Of a DNA stretch of 64,000 nucleotides, positions 62,588 to 64,000 are shown piece after piece (within the stretch, counting starts at the first letter, position 1; each line of letters starts with the position of its first letter). The translations under genes were made by a program, and so were the position numbers. Source of the DNA: Prorocentrum cordatum (lineage: Eukaryota); the NCBI GenBank assembly GCA_963575745.1, contig CAUYUJ010000001.1, forward strand, positions 2,604,001-2,668,000. Direction: 5' to 3'. The notes under the pieces are model-generated. The model had not been told where the DNA came from, made no database searches, and saw nothing but the letters and a program-made list of their open reading frames with translations.

Positions 62588-64000
62588 AATCCCACCAGCC
62601 CTCTGGGCGTAGGTGGTTTAGCGAACTTGTGTCGCCTCTCTTCTAAAATCCCTGCTTCATCTGCTCGGGGGAGGGGCATTTACCACTATTCCCTATTGAT
62701 ATACACCCCCTCCCCCAAGCGACCGATTGCGCCGACCCTATGCGCCCCCCCAAACTATCCATATCACAAAACACACTCTGCCTCCAAATTCGGAGCCCGC
62801 GTAACCAATATGATGCGGTCCCCCCATCATCCCTGTCAGAACACAGAGTACACTTTGGGGCAAAAATCTTGAGTCATGTTCGTGAGGCCAGCGGGCACTT
62901 TGTACTGTTTTTTGAAAGGGACGGCGGGTGTGTCAGCATATTGCCTGTTGTGCGCAAGGCCACCATCCATGTCAAAAACAATACAACAGAGACCTCGCGG
63001 CTAAATCTGGATCATACATGGCCACCCCGTGATCACTATCAACAGATTTTTGACAGGGACGGCGGGGTTGGTGGCGCATGGCCTTCTGTGTGCAGGCCCA
63101 CCAGGCACCATGATGGACATTGGTTTACGACAAGGATGGTGGGGGCCGACATGTTTCCTGATGTGTGCTGGCATGTGCGCAAGCGCACACGACACGATCT
63201 GCACGTGCCCCGAACGTGGTGCACCTGGCGCGGCTGGAGTATGCGGCACACCTGGCGCACGTGGAGCACGTAGCGCATCTGGCACACCAGGCGTGCCTGG
63301 CACGCTCGGGCCCCAGGGGTGCCTGGCGCGTGTCGCGCCTGGCACGCGTGGCGCACCTCACCCCAGCGTCGCGCACAAGGGGTCGGTTTCAGTTTCCAGT
63401 AGCTGTCCATCCAGAGTCGACCACTGAACATGCTGAGGCTCGGGTTTTACTTATATGTTGGGGGGGCGGGTGGGAGTGAGCCAGGCGCCTTGCGATCAAG
63501 GAGGGTGTCTTGACCCCTCCCCGTGCCCCCTCCACTGGGTCTGGAGGGGGGGAGGGGCGCGGGAAGTTAGAGGTTAGAGCGTCCAATATGGGCACAGATG
63601 GCTTCAAGAGGGCCTCAGAGACCCCAAGATTGCCTCCAAGATGGGTCAGAATATCCCAAGATGGCTCAATATAGCCTCCGAGTCACATCCAAGAGGCCTC
63701 AAGACGACCCCAAGACGGCTTCAAGTGCTCGCCGAGCCTTCAAGGACCCCCCCCAAGAGGCCAAAAGGCTTCGAAACCTAAAGGCGAATCAATGTTGTTT
63801 GCCTTCTCGCTTGTTCTCTTCCGATGGGCATTGGGGCCTCAAGATGGTTTGAGGATGGCTTAAGAGAGGCCCGAGAAGGACTCAAGAGGGCCCCATGAGG
63901 GCCCAATATCGCCCAGGAGCGCTCCAAGAGCTGCCCGATTGGGCCCCAAGTCTGCATGTTCGAGCCTCCGATGGGGAGGGGACCTGACTTTCCTACCCCC
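62588..64000 (+). mobile_element. HINE-like family A, copy 3 (interrupted; runs off the window)
   Basis: Identical 5' terminus at 62588; family-A interior resumes at ~63510. Confidence 0.5.

Overview
Repeat-rich, GC-rich eukaryotic nuclear DNA from a dinoflagellate. The dinoflagellate spliced leader (DinoSL, DCCGTAGCCATTTTGGCTCAAG) occurs as perfect and decayed copies; a Prorocentrum-like genome is a guess from base composition only. Contents: (i) four large APE-type non-LTR retrotransposons (LINE-A 12565-16187, LINE-B 24274-30432, LINE-C ~30595-37438, LINE-D ~40326-45952) plus two short TSD-flanked retro-insertions; (ii) three intronless SL-headed retrogenes (tandem HET-like domain protein, VKNTF-motif protein, DUF6492-like glycosyltransferase-type protein); (iii) two families of non-autonomous Helentron/HINE-like elements carrying CCAAGA-rich satellite; (iv) several MITE-like inverted-repeat elements, many microsatellites and one 100-N gap. 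Main candidate new system: LINEs whose 5' end is the host spliced leader, often stacked with older relics, which sit in (CCT/GAG)n tracts and link ORF1 to ORF2 through a conserved +1 'shifty stop' (CTT-TAG-C twice, GGG-TAG-C once). One of them has RNase H upstream of the endonuclease. Most ORFs in the six-frame track are artefacts of repeats and high GC. All calls were made by eye without database searches.
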